Shown here: one piece after another, positions 52,401 to 60,870 of the stretch | Layout of the letters: every line of letters begins with the position of its first letter | Position numbering within the stretch: the stretch's first letter is position 1 | Virus record (IMG/VR): IMGVR_UViG_3300042868_005339 | Source: a virus | Direction: 5' to 3' (one strand) | Length of the DNA stretch: 64,000 bases | Program-made: the position numbers and the translations under genes | The notes under the pieces: generated by a model | What the model saw: only the letters and a program-made list of their open reading frames with translations | Databases searched by the model: none | What the model was told of the DNA's origin: nothing

Positions 52401-55400
52401 TTTGAAGAATTACCTGAATGTCATTTGTTGGTGACTGTGGATTATAAATATTCCACGCGGTAACAATAACATTAGCCGCTTTTACATCGCCATTTTTCAA
52501 GCCATCAGCAGCAGCTTGATACATCTCAGAAAGCATTTCTGTGTATTGCTTTACTTCAAAATCTTCAAACTCGCCAACTGATCCATTATCCTGCCACAGC
52601 TTGTATGTATTAAGATGTTGAGCGGTGTGAATGATCTCCTCCTGAGCCACATCATATATGAAGGCAAAGGCGGTTGTTGCGTCTGAGTTTTGCAACTGAA
52701 CTAAACCTCTAGTGTCGAATCGCACTTCAATTGAGGGATTAGCTCCCGCAATGAATAAACTAGCTGGTCTGCCTTCATTTGTCCTTTTGTTGGTAATGCG
52801 AACAGGAAGTAACGTGGCATCGAAGGAATAACGCGACGAAATGGCCTCAAGTCCAAAGTCTTCCATAGCCTTCGCCCTCTGAGTTGGCGAAAGCTCATTC
52901 CAGTTTGACTCTGAAACAGCTTTTCGTATTGCCTGCGCTCTTGGAGAGTTGTCTCCTGTCGAAACTCCCTCCATGCGCTGGCTACCATATCCCTCGGATG
53001 CGTAAGGACGAACTGATGTATCATAAGTTTCATATTTGGTTTTTCCACCATTCACCAGAATATCGGCATTCACCTTCTCCGAGTTCTTCAAGCTATTGCG
53101 AATCAAGCGTAAAACGTCCTTGTAGTCCTTCAGCGTAGGCTCGCTCGTCTTGCCAGTGATCTTCTGCCAGATGCCACGCAGGAATTGCATGAACTCTGCC
53201 AAAATGCCATCACGCGGGATTTCAACCATCGAGTCGAAGTCGCGAGTCATCGCTTCTTCAAGGATGCTGAAGTAGCTCACCTGATTCGTGCGCCAATCAG
53301 AGTATTCGCTGTAGGATTCAGCAAGCGAATCAAGCTCCTGTGGAGAGTACATCCGGCGCAGGAACGAGAAAATCTGCATCTTCTCCTTCATCGACAAGAA
53401 GAACATGCCTTTGTGGATATTCTCATGAAGAATAACGCGACGAACCGCCGCTACTTCTGGCGTAGTGCCTTGAAGATTGGCTAGCTTGCGATCAAGATCG
53501 GATACACCTACGTTGTCCGTGAAGACAATCGGCTGTCCATTTTCAGACATGCCTTCGATTTTTGAGTTGGCGCTTACTGCTGCCCAAGTCTCAGGATAGC
53601 GAACGCGATTAGCTGGATCAGCAAGGAAGTCCTTAGATGTGCCAATCCAGGTGAATAGCACATTTGGAATCTCGCCTGAACGATTGAGAATCGCGACAGC
53701 TTGATTGGCATCGGTTGGATTAACGGTGCCTTGAACGACGTTCGTGCGTGTTTTCTGAATGAGCGAGTTGAGCGTCTTGAGGTTTAGCTCATCGCGCTTC
53801 TTTTGTGCGGCTTCCGCCTTGGCCTGCTCCTTCTCGTCACGCTCGATTTCTTTGGCGAGCTTGGCATCGGCTGCATCACGCTTAGCTTGAGCTTCTGACG
53901 CTTCCTTATCAGCTTTGAGATAGGCTTGAACAATCGGACGAGAGCCAACGAGTTTGGGAAATGCAGCACGAAGCACATCCATGTCTTTGCCACCGCTAGC
54001 GAAGTAGGCTTTTGCGGCAGCGATCTTTTCTGGACTCCATTGCCTTTTGCTCTCGATCAAATCCTCTTCCAAGAACGCCATTGCGGCATCTGCAATGTCC
54101 GCTTTTTCGTTTGACTCTATGGCAGTTGTAGCAGATTCTTGCTCAAAAGCAGGGATCGACCCCTCTGCTGGTTGTTGAACAACACTGGCTACCGCCGCTT
54201 CCTTAGCCAAGGGAGCGGCGGTTTCTGTTGGTGTGGCTACCGTTGTGGTTTGGGGGGATTCTTGAGTGGAATTGTCTTTAGTCCATGCCGCAAAGTCGTG
54301 CTCAGTCTTTGTTACTTTGAAAATGCTATCGCCATCGCCTTTTTCGAGAACGAAATCATTGCCTCTCTTTTTTGGAATGTAGCCATCCTGCACCATTTGG
54401 GATACCACATCTGCCTTGGTACCAGAGTATATTTTCCCTGCCGACTGACTACGGCGTGAAGCTGGTTGAGACAATACGCTTACAGCTTTTTCAGCAGACA
54501 CACCCTTCATTCCTAAGTCTTGAGCGAACTTTCTAGGAACCTCTTCTTGAGAGGCTTTCTTCTCGGCTTCCTGTCGCTCCTTATTCTTGAGGTCTTCGAT
54601 AGATTTTGCGCGAGATTGAGAATTTTTACGTTCAATCTCTCCAGCTTTCAATGCTTCCTCTTCCGTATCAAAAAGGTAGTCTCCAAATCCGCGTTTATTG
54701 GAAGTCTGAACTGCCCACTGTGGCTGATTGTTAAGTTTAGTCTGGTAAACAGAACCAATGCCTACCTCTTGGCCTTTTTCTGCACCACTATCTTTGGTGG
54801 TGGATGCTGCGGGTTCGGCGGCTTGTACGCTGCCTGAAGGAGTATCTTGAATTGGGGGCGCTTCATTAGTCGGCTGGAAAACGTAGAGGTCGCCTTGCTT
54901 GACGTAGCCTTGTGGAAGTTTGATGCCGTAGGTGTCAACGGCGGCGGCGGAGACTGGTTTGCTGTCACTGGTGGCTAGTAATATAAGGTGTTGATGAGTA
55001 ATGCCAGCGCCCCACTTGCCCTTTGAAATCTGAGCCACCTCATACATGTCCGACAGTGGAACATTATACTTGTCTGTAATATTCCTGAATGCATCTCGAT
55101 CCTTGCGAGAATCAACCCAACTATTCAGGCTTTCTTGGGCGGCATCGCGAGTCTTTTGAACATTGATCGTTACGTCGTTTGCCTTTTTTGGGAGTGTTAA
55201 AGCCTCCTCCGGCGTCATCTGCTCCGGCTTCGTCACATCCCGCTCAATGGCGCTGCCTCCCGGCATGACCGTGCCTTCGGTAGCGGGCGTCGGCGTCCCT
55301 TGCGGGGTGATTGGTGGAGCTACTTCTTCTTGGATTTGACCTTCTGCGGCAACTTCTTGAGGCTGGGCGTTTCCTTCACCCAGTCCTTGCAGTTCCATTT

Positions 55401-57081
55401 CGGGTCTTTCTTGGCGTAGCAAGCCTTCATCTGTGATTTGCTCTTGAATGGCATCTGGCGCTGTTTCTATGGGTTGAGGTTGAATCGCCTCACCCACCCC
55501 TGCACCTGCTTGCACAGTTGGGGGCAGCACAGACATTTCAGGCGCGATTTCGCCATTGGAGTCAGTGATCGTTTGTGAGAGATTTTCAGGCATCTCCATT
55601 GCTGGAGAAGGTGTTACTGCTGGAAGCTCAATTGCAGGCGCTACCTGTGGCTGCGGAGTATTAACCACGCCTTGAATGATATTGCGGGCTGCTGTCGTCG
55701 CCTGAGATACATCGGAAGACGTGTTTTCAGCCGTTGTGACGATGCTATCAGCGGTGTTTACTGCGGCAGTTAGGCCGGGTGAAATAGCAGGCTGTCCAAG
55801 TTGCGATAAACCACGAATGTTTTGCCGAGAAAATGGAAGCTCTGTTGAGCGAATATCTTCGCGGTTGAAAGGCAACTGCGTAGGACGAATATCTTCACGG
55901 GTAAACGGAAGTTCGGAAGCTCTAATGTCTTCGCGATTGAATGGCAGATCGGTTGCTCGAATATCCTCACGGTTGAATGGAAGCGTTGTGACTACTCCAT
56001 CTGTTGGCGCAGGTGCTGTGGTCGGTTCTTCTGGAACAATTTCAGTTTCAACAACCTGCTGCTCAGCCTGAGGGCGCAAGGCGCGATACCCACGATTAAT
56101 AGCTGTTGGTCCAAGTCCAGCCAGGCCCGTCAATCCAGTCATTGCTAGAGTTGTTGGGGCAACGTTTGTGATCCCTTGGGTATAATCCTGCACCGTCCTA
56201 TCTGGCAAAACAACACTCTCAGGTGCTTCACCTCGAAGAACGCTTTGCTTAAATTCTTTGTTGATACGATCCTGCTCAACTGCGGTAATCGCTTCTGTGC
56301 CAACTTCACCAGCAGCAGCGCCGACACCAGCTCCCACCGCTTTAGCTCCAGTAACCTTGGATAGGGCATTGGAGGCGAGGCTCATGATGCCATTCTTACC
56401 GCCGAGAGCTTTACGAATGTATTTTCCAGCGCCTCCAAGGGCCATGTTGCCGAGAGCTTCTGGGCCAGCTTCGGCAGCGCCAAATTTGCGGGCCAATGGG
56501 AGCAATTCTTCGTATGCCTCATTTTGCTCTTCTGGAGTCAGCGGACGTTGCAGCTTCTCTTGGAAGAAATTGTCGATTCTTTCGCGGGAATCATCAAGAA
56601 ATTGAGCGCCAGCCATGCGATAGGCCATCAAAAGCGATGTTCCTGCTGCTGCCGAACGTGCTGCCGCTGGACTCTTAGTAGCAAGAGCGGTTACTGCCCC
56701 TGCCGCAAGGCTTGGAACCAGTGTTGATCCAGAAAATCCAAGGCTTGGAGTCGCTTCTCGAATTGAGGATGAAACCGATGATGCATCACCTCCTGCCATA
56801 GCGGCAGCTTCGGAAGCATTAAGCTCTTCCTGAAGAGCCCGCATGTCTGCCCGACTTTGCGCGTAGCCCTCACTGCGCTGCCAAGGGTTTTCTAATCCTC
56901 CAAACGCCTGACGCATTGAAGCTGGAACGCTCGTTCCAAGAGAGGTAAAAGCCCTTCCAGTGGCAGAAAGAGTGTCAGACAGGTCGAAAAACGGCTTCTC
57001 CTCGACTTTTGGATACTTGTTCAGCCAAGATTCCTGATTAACTTTGGGATATTTTGTGAGCCAGTCTGTTTCAGAAGCCAT
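46483..57081 (-). CDS. Giant 3,532-aa multi-module protein (probable virion-internal/ejected protein)
   Basis: Uninterrupted ORF among virion-type genes. It has hydrophobic Ala/Gly segments at the N-terminus, tandem repeats, three (H/E)ExxH modules and a C-terminal ~900 aa with several TM-like segments. Confidence 0.85.
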   Translation of the reverse strand: MASETDWLTKYPKVNQESWLNKYPKVEEKPFFDLSDTLSATGRAFTSLGTSVPASMRQAFGGLENPWQRSEGYAQSRADMRALQEELNASEAAAMAGGDASSVSSSIREATPSLGFSGSTLVPSLAAGAVTALATKSPAAARSAAAGTSLLMAYRMAGAQFLDDSRERIDNFFQEKLQRPLTPEEQNEAYEELLPLARKFGAAEAGPEALGNMALGGAGKYIRKALGGKNGIMSLASNALSKVTGAKAVGAGVGAAAGEVGTEAITAVEQDRINKEFKQSVLRGEAPESVVLPDRTVQDYTQGITNVAPTTLAMTGLTGLAGLGPTAINRGYRALRPQAEQQVVETEIVPEEPTTAPAPTDGVVTTLPFNREDIRATDLPFNREDIRASELPFTREDIRPTQLPFNREDIRSTELPFSRQNIRGLSQLGQPAISPGLTAAVNTADSIVTTAENTSSDVSQATTAARNIIQGVVNTPQPQVAPAIELPAVTPSPAMEMPENLSQTITDSNGEIAPEMSVLPPTVQAGAGVGEAIQPQPIETAPDAIQEQITDEGLLRQERPEMELQGLGEGNAQPQEVAAEGQIQEEVAPPITPQGTPTPATEGTVMPGGSAIERDVTKPEQMTPEEALTLPKKANDVTINVQKTRDAAQESLNSWVDSRKDRDAFRNITDKYNVPLSDMYEVAQISKGKWGAGITHQHLILLATSDSKPVSAAAVDTYGIKLPQGYVKQGDLYVFQPTNEAPPIQDTPSGSVQAAEPAASTTKDSGAEKGQEVGIGSVYQTKLNNQPQWAVQTSNKRGFGDYLFDTEEEALKAGEIERKNSQSRAKSIEDLKNKERQEAEKKASQEEVPRKFAQDLGMKGVSAEKAVSVLSQPASRRSQSAGKIYSGTKADVVSQMVQDGYIPKKRGNDFVLEKGDGDSIFKVTKTEHDFAAWTKDNSTQESPQTTTVATPTETAAPLAKEAAVASVVQQPAEGSIPAFEQESATTAIESNEKADIADAAMAFLEEDLIESKRQWSPEKIAAAKAYFASGGKDMDVLRAAFPKLVGSRPIVQAYLKADKEASEAQAKRDAADAKLAKEIERDEKEQAKAEAAQKKRDELNLKTLNSLIQKTRTNVVQGTVNPTDANQAVAILNRSGEIPNVLFTWIGTSKDFLADPANRVRYPETWAAVSANSKIEGMSENGQPIVFTDNVGVSDLDRKLANLQGTTPEVAAVRRVILHENIHKGMFFLSMKEKMQIFSFLRRMYSPQELDSLAESYSEYSDWRTNQVSYFSILEEAMTRDFDSMVEIPRDGILAEFMQFLRGIWQKITGKTSEPTLKDYKDVLRLIRNSLKNSEKVNADILVNGGKTKYETYDTSVRPYASEGYGSQRMEGVSTGDNSPRAQAIRKAVSESNWNELSPTQRAKAMEDFGLEAISSRYSFDATLLPVRITNKRTNEGRPASLFIAGANPSIEVRFDTRGLVQLQNSDATTAFAFIYDVAQEEIIHTAQHLNTYKLWQDNGSVGEFEDFEVKQYTEMLSEMYQAAADGLKNGDVKAANVIVTAWNIYNPQSPTNDIQVILQSLAQSKNAPAFAMEVGRQLLQFKRQDFTTETGWMRFVEAMKALLTDITNALKTALTMAKNGQVGKRLQDEISEVNALMNELESASQPMASKVEYDSPNDAAFNSGAEVARNTDYDERDKEVRSTIRAAYDIAPKTNGPSVPLDELFSIVKQSMPDLTETEFSRILQGLYEDSGALLIEGESPFATFTTEGERAGSAIIMPPTDMTKDDVISMLRGMSAANPAPSGGINQELYDTVLTRLRDFISNGGRIPLPIQLDRSGEANMDNYTGKKAGLGGGLRQGSGVGRAGQTDSGTPLFDGLPEGVQGVIPQAQRVESEVSRNREAIAGRGENREGKAGARPDMGMASGGYTFADYAQIASRIGARVQEVSNDIGGGLAVMADENGATTILINAAQLSERMAGISFGLDEASAFETIGNALVEELIHAADLAVQREAWIASGRRKPFTEFAIDSDKSMLDEMREVVASSNDPVKATRILFDAIQASRQLYGAGATPSDIDELFSSPNGNISIVMSEFVRQMIQQDMHQTVSEASLFRRFIERVMKMLQKIRDAIAPAKAGEFGDILKNRINETEMMLAMAYQQTGARASMIDPEDAATKQFAKNIKDINSGTTKAPFGGVQFTNFKPIDREIKSSEEYSDNAIKYVNNLENEGVSLDDIANSVISPAFLESIGIEQDLMAQDALTIEVRQRVDNAAREAKSPDRKKQLSKLSERLSAFWQGVGSKKGQHLGQRRYLVNKARYSWMFIREIAEKVMKEARTNILISNFGSENATSLTQNSYENSDKANQQAVDEIAQDVVNNNEWALIKEGEQVFEGADKTLWERAKMLVRRFAFYKRRKDMKVANAKASMTDAERSELNAILQMSDEEADAAEAKDLAEFRSIMGKLLGEESPTDTPTEKKKRKKRKEIIDTVEKRVAEGQPIEPTAEEIANEIEIAENKASQIVYRFEELYRQGFKNPPEGMSKKEQKDSIIRAFRDQVKNPVSFEQFAERLGALKVGEEVSERLFLTASRERSDLARMKKFKIEKRRVEIADKQASRLIYSTEERLRQGSKDLSKSTSGDSINKAFKDQVSDPVEKSKFAERLAKLDVSPDVAERLFKTAEREKTDLEAMAAFNILQGPKALQRMINEINNMRRGEEIPLRTPIPWRQLLSQSAKTVEEYRQRIFDAISANEELKNATPEQKARLADLFAEAWESKRKRILDSMQERLIREQEAKGNLSKKAAKALQENRMRIVEDINLGIFDNDEIAKIIAEKFGIKSEFTETEREKINSLIEVLQDEGLNAVKRQVAAYKLLEVLQGELKIPVVKMIADFWVSSVLSGPNTIVSIGLAVASGAFELSTALSRVFISGFTNPKQLPSELAGAYKTLARLLSAFGRQANIAWQYLVTGDPVFLDPSMNDVTENMQWANIGKSNQLAEQMAKSDKILVKSAGLFMRTVSRLLKALDVFNGGLTKEGSLSIVFRQIGLDPEKIAALEKKSDLKPYKDAIIQKDFGGTPPKSLHDKAIVDSYALADMMKELDKFGKVSENANQMAMQGAMTLEPSGLGGVGYRAIRSLVTNAEAGSDRFLKQAQRGWSDSAQNGDRILSGLELAFAYLMQFSAYNVANFGGVRFARFAGNKFNQGLSFIPGIGFARAFEAEFDPDRIIGKEAFIDSIQRNQLVGVILSVGGYYLLKAIAEEPDDEKRGGLFINGGWGNLTPEKKQQKLAAGEKEYTIGYNDTVFSYANWPISSALAAIGSLADLIRFSPDQWNDKNVVQIMASAAMSGAAAAADIPALSQFQELFGNSLSSKDPNEKRMERFAKVMSSYAGGFVPRFLKDIDYAQDPNLRKYETLWEKTASHIPVYRRYEGKEYYDILGQQIQRNVYPGSREFMVKPTDPAYKVLGALISRGIWLTPANAEHRMVGKGARRRSLTQEEADNYSLETGKGYKQMLLRYGQRALQMPTERAKAFLLDKADDVRDRVLKKVYRGYTPAS
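55804..55983 (-). repeat. 5 x 36-nt in-frame tandem repeat (LPFNREDIRxxx)
   Basis: LPFNREDIRATD / LPFNREDIRASE / LPFTREDIRPTQ / LPFNREDIRSTE / LPFSRQNIRGLS. Confidence 0.9.
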
Positions 57082-57089
57082 AAAAGAAG

Positions 57090-58790
57090 TTATTTTCGCC
57101 GAACTTCGCCATCCGACCCTCTAAATTTAGTCCCCTTTGGCAAAGCATCAACTTCTTCTTCGGTTGAAATTTCTACAATGGATTCTTGAGCGGGCTGTGG
57201 CGATTGAGATGGTGATCTTGATTTTTTTTCGTCAATATATGATTCGAATACATCGTTCCATGTTTTTCCGCTAGATAATCCAAGATCGTAAGCATTTGGA
57301 AGTTTTTTCAACGGCTCAAAGGATGGAATCTTATTCCTCCAATCAACTTTGGATAGAGCCTTGAAGATATTACGCGTCGCAACCTCATTAGACCGAACAT
57401 TTCCGTATTTAGCTACGATTTCAGGTCCAACTTTGTCGCCTGACAATACTTCATTCTTAATGAGAGAATTAAGCAATGTATCTGTGGTCATGTTTAGTTT
57501 TTTTGCGACCTCTTTGACCTTGGAGTCCATTACTGACTTGACATTATCCCATACAGGATTCGCAACTGATCTATCTTTCTCCATGGAGAATTGTATCTCT
57601 GCATCTTTGAGATTATTCTCAAGTTTCTCAGCGTATTGCAAGCCCTCAGTAAAATCTGCAAATGTTTTAGGCTTTGGATTATTCACATAATCACGAAGAT
57701 TGCTTAGAGCTTTCTCTTTAACTTTAAGTGAAACATTCGGATCTGAAATAGCAGCCATATAAGTATTCTCATCCGCAGAAGGATCATTGATCCCTTGCAA
57801 AACCTCAGACTCATCAACCTTGAGAATATTTTCAGCTTTTGGCGCGGCCAAATCCTTCATGGTTTGCCGGAATGGCGCTGCGGCCTTAGGTGCCTCTGGT
57901 GGCCTAAATGGAATTACAGTACCATCCTTAGTTGCGGCAACAGGAGTTTGCGCTGGACTGTATATGCCTCGGTATGATCCGCGCAATTCGTTGAACAAAC
58001 GATCATACTCCTCTACCAGCTTATCGAATTTTGGATTTGGTATTTCTGCGCCATCTTTGTCGTAAAGAACGCTTTTCCCTAATTTCTCCATCTTGTCGAT
58101 CTCAGAACTAACAAGTTCAAAATCCTTTTGCTTCGCTTGACCAGCAACATCTTTAGCGCCACCGCGAGTTCCAACAGCCTCCCTTGCCGCTTTTCTCATC
58201 TGTCCCTCAAGATATTTAGCCTGCTGAACTGATTTGATGGACGGAACCAAGTTGGCATCTCCGCCATATTCAAGGAATCCTCCAATGGCTGTTTGCAATT
58301 CCTCATTCGCCTTCGCAGCAGCAGCGCGTTCAGCATCCATCTGTTGCTTGCGAGCAGCTTGATAATTCTGATTCTGAGCGGCATACAGTCCAGCTACGTC
58401 GCTAAACCGAGGATCACTAAATGCTAGAGGGTTGCGAGTCGCAAGATCGCGGTATTTAGCTCCGAAGTCCTCGCTCTCAGGATTCAAATTACCACCTGCC
58501 AATTCGTTCGCTGCACGCTCTACCTGCGCCTCTATCTCCTGCTTCATGCGCAAGTCTCTAGCGTCCTGCGCCACCTTGTCGTAGGCTATTTGAGCTTTTT
58601 GAGCTTCAAATACTGGAGCTTGGCGTTGAAGACTGCGAAGTTGATCTATTGCGGCAGCACCTTTGTAGAAATCTTCAACCTCACGATCAAGTGATGCCAC
58701 GCCGGTAGATTTCCGAGTTTGGTTAAAAACTGGATTGGCGGGTGCCTGAGCAGGCATTCCAAGGTAGTCGGCAAGGTCAATGACTGGCAT
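57090..58790 (-). CDS. Virion-type coiled-coil protein
   Basis: 566-aa ORF, rich in Ala/Gln/Lys, immediately upstream of the giant gene. Confidence 0.6.
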   Translation of the reverse strand: MPVIDLADYLGMPAQAPANPVFNQTRKSTGVASLDREVEDFYKGAAAIDQLRSLQRQAPVFEAQKAQIAYDKVAQDARDLRMKQEIEAQVERAANELAGGNLNPESEDFGAKYRDLATRNPLAFSDPRFSDVAGLYAAQNQNYQAARKQQMDAERAAAAKANEELQTAIGGFLEYGGDANLVPSIKSVQQAKYLEGQMRKAAREAVGTRGGAKDVAGQAKQKDFELVSSEIDKMEKLGKSVLYDKDGAEIPNPKFDKLVEEYDRLFNELRGSYRGIYSPAQTPVAATKDGTVIPFRPPEAPKAAAPFRQTMKDLAAPKAENILKVDESEVLQGINDPSADENTYMAAISDPNVSLKVKEKALSNLRDYVNNPKPKTFADFTEGLQYAEKLENNLKDAEIQFSMEKDRSVANPVWDNVKSVMDSKVKEVAKKLNMTTDTLLNSLIKNEVLSGDKVGPEIVAKYGNVRSNEVATRNIFKALSKVDWRNKIPSFEPLKKLPNAYDLGLSSGKTWNDVFESYIDEKKSRSPSQSPQPAQESIVEISTEEEVDALPKGTKFRGSDGEVRRK

Positions 58791-58793
58791 AAA

Positions 58794-59411
58794 TTAAGCG
58801 GCTTTTTTCTTCTTTTCCTTTTCTCCACCTTTTTTAATAGCGGCCAAAACTCGCTCTTTATCAGCACGCGCATATTTATTGTCCACCCCTTGGCGAGCAG
58901 CAGCTTGACCGAAGAATTGCTCCTTGGACATGCCATCGAATGTGGCTGGTTTTCCAGTGCTGGCAGTTGCTGTTCCGGTTCCGTAGCGGCTGGTAACAAC
59001 GCGCTCTTGCGGGCCATAGGAGGCAATGACTCCGCCTGTTGGGCGCTGTTGAAGCTGAGTTGGCGTTGGTCTGGATGATGGCATTGGAAGATTTCCAGCT
59101 ACTAGCATGCGCTTTGTGAGTTCCAAATCTGCCGCTTCTGGATTTGCAGGCACATACGAACGCACGCCTTGTTCCTCCTGCTCACGCATTCTCATTCGAG
59201 CAGCGCCACCAGCATTCCTCAACCTCTCGCGAGCGGCTTGTAGAAGCTGATCGGCGGTTGAGATTTGCGGCCTTGTATTGACAAAAATGGACTGGAAATT
59301 AGGCGTGAGTCTGGATGCTCCACCTAAAGATTCATAAGTGTTTCCAGTGTATGGATTGCTCGTTGCATTGAATGTCGGTGATTCTCTGTCACCAGTGATT
59401 GTGGTAGCCAT
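58794..59411 (-). CDS. Hypothetical virion-type protein
   Basis: 205-aa ORF. Confidence 0.55.
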   Translation of the reverse strand: MATTITGDRESPTFNATSNPYTGNTYESLGGASRLTPNFQSIFVNTRPQISTADQLLQAARERLRNAGGAARMRMREQEEQGVRSYVPANPEAADLELTKRMLVAGNLPMPSSRPTPTQLQQRPTGGVIASYGPQERVVTSRYGTGTATASTGKPATFDGMSKEQFFGQAAARQGVDNKYARADKERVLAAIKKGGEKEKKKKAA

Positions 59412-59416
59412 GTTTT

Positions 59417-59776
59417 TTAGCGGTAAATAGTGATTAATCCTGGATTCATCGCTCCAAAAACTGAATTGCGAGACATCTTTTGAGGCTGAGAGATTCCTTC
59501 AGACTGCATGTTAGATTGAGCAAATGGAGAAAGTGCTTGGTCAAGTTGACGCGATTTTAAGCGAAGCTCTCGCTCAGCGATGCGGTCAGGAGAGTTACGA
59601 GAGCGTCCAACTGGCGTTGAGCGTTGCAGCGATGGTGGCAGCAGCTCATTGTAATTTTGCTGCATGTTTGCCAACTCACCCTTACTAGCTTGTCCTGTAT
59701 TGAAACTGTATGCTGATGGAAGAGTTTGCTTCTTCTTGAAATCATTAAGACCTGATCTGAGTGGTTCGTATGCCAT
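59417..59776 (-). CDS. Hypothetical virion-type protein
   Basis: 119-aa ORF. Confidence 0.55.
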   Translation of the reverse strand: MAYEPLRSGLNDFKKKQTLPSAYSFNTGQASKGELANMQQNYNELLPPSLQRSTPVGRSRNSPDRIAERELRLKSRQLDQALSPFAQSNMQSEGISQPQKMSRNSVFGAMNPGLITIYR

Positions 59777-59779
59777 AAT

Positions 59780-60745
59780 TTATCGAGTTTGTGGAGTTTG
59801 TCCGGCTGAGAAAGACCAATCCATTGCCATTTTAGGACGGATAGCTCCTCGGTTTTGTTTCAGCCCTTGGTTAAGAACTTCGTAGCACTTCTGCCAGAAA
59901 AGCTGTGACTGTTGAAGCTCTGTAGCTCCACTGTCTTCAAGCTGAATCGCCTTCATTGCGAATTTCAGCGCACCAATGTTGTCGGGCCAGATCAAATCAG
60001 TCTCTTGAATGAGTCGAACAAAACGACGCTTACAAAGGCATCGAAGCACTGGCTTATTGTCTGGACTAGCCTCGATTGTGCCAACCTTGTAACGACGATA
60101 AATAGGATTCGTTTCACTTGGCTCATAGACGGAAAGCTCAGTCGGAGTGCCAGAAACAACGACTGACAGCGTGACGTTGCCGGTAGTGAGTGGCTTGACT
60201 ACCTGCGTCACGAACATTTGCACAGCAGTGGTTGCCGTTGGATTGGCGAGCGTTAGTTCAATACCTTCTACACCGTTAGCATCGAAAATGGTGTTGCCGT
60301 TTGCGTCGTGACCGTAGATTCGCACAACTTGACCAACATCGTTTGCGTCAGCGATAGTGAGGCGGATGAATCCAGCGTCAGCTTGATACTCCTGCGTGCA
60401 AACATCGCCTTGATCCAAGATGATGCGAAGATCTCTCGTCGTCTCGTCAATGTAGCCAGGTCCAGAAGTCATGAACTCCTGCATGCGCGAGAATGGCATC
60501 GTGGGCCAGTTGACGCGAGTGACGCCAACAATGGACTCGTAGCGCCTTGGAAGAGTGATGTAGCCAGTGGTGGAAGGATAATCCACTTGGCCGTACATAT
60601 TCTTCCACAAACCAGAGTTGATGATCCTCTCGACTCCCTGATTGAGAATCGGTAGGAAAAGCTCTGAATTAGGATTGCCAGGGAAGATGGCATTGCCAAT
60701 CATTGACCTGACATCCGCAACTGTTAGGCCGGTGGACATCTCCAC
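59780..60745 (-). CDS. Hypothetical virion-type protein
   Basis: 321-aa ORF, the first gene of the tightly spaced run leading to the giant gene. Confidence 0.6.
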   Translation of the reverse strand: MEMSTGLTVADVRSMIGNAIFPGNPNSELFLPILNQGVERIINSGLWKNMYGQVDYPSTTGYITLPRRYESIVGVTRVNWPTMPFSRMQEFMTSGPGYIDETTRDLRIILDQGDVCTQEYQADAGFIRLTIADANDVGQVVRIYGHDANGNTIFDANGVEGIELTLANPTATTAVQMFVTQVVKPLTTGNVTLSVVVSGTPTELSVYEPSETNPIYRRYKVGTIEASPDNKPVLRCLCKRRFVRLIQETDLIWPDNIGALKFAMKAIQLEDSGATELQQSQLFWQKCYEVLNQGLKQNRGAIRPKMAMDWSFSAGQTPQTR

Positions 60746-60851
60746 CGATTCTAACCGTTATGGCTGGATGGGCAAGAGGGATTTTGGCGGATTTGTTGGC
60801 AGCGTAAACTTCGATTTATTCCACATAAAATAGTTGTGGACAGATTTATAT

Positions 60852-60868
60852 GTTGTTGTAACAACAAC
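60852..60868. promoter_or_regulatory. Palindrome GTTGTTG-TAA-CAACAAC
   Basis: It ends 2 nt before the HNH ATG, in the divergent gap. Confidence 0.35.
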
Positions 60869-60870
60869 CT

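Noticed and set aside
46483-57081. Giant ORF as an N4-like virion RNA polymerase
   Set aside because: The size matches. However, I could not find the T7-like polymerase motifs (TxxGR, DxxxxD-type motif A, RxxxK...YG motif B, HD motif C), and the flanking genes are not obviously N4-like. It is left as unknown.
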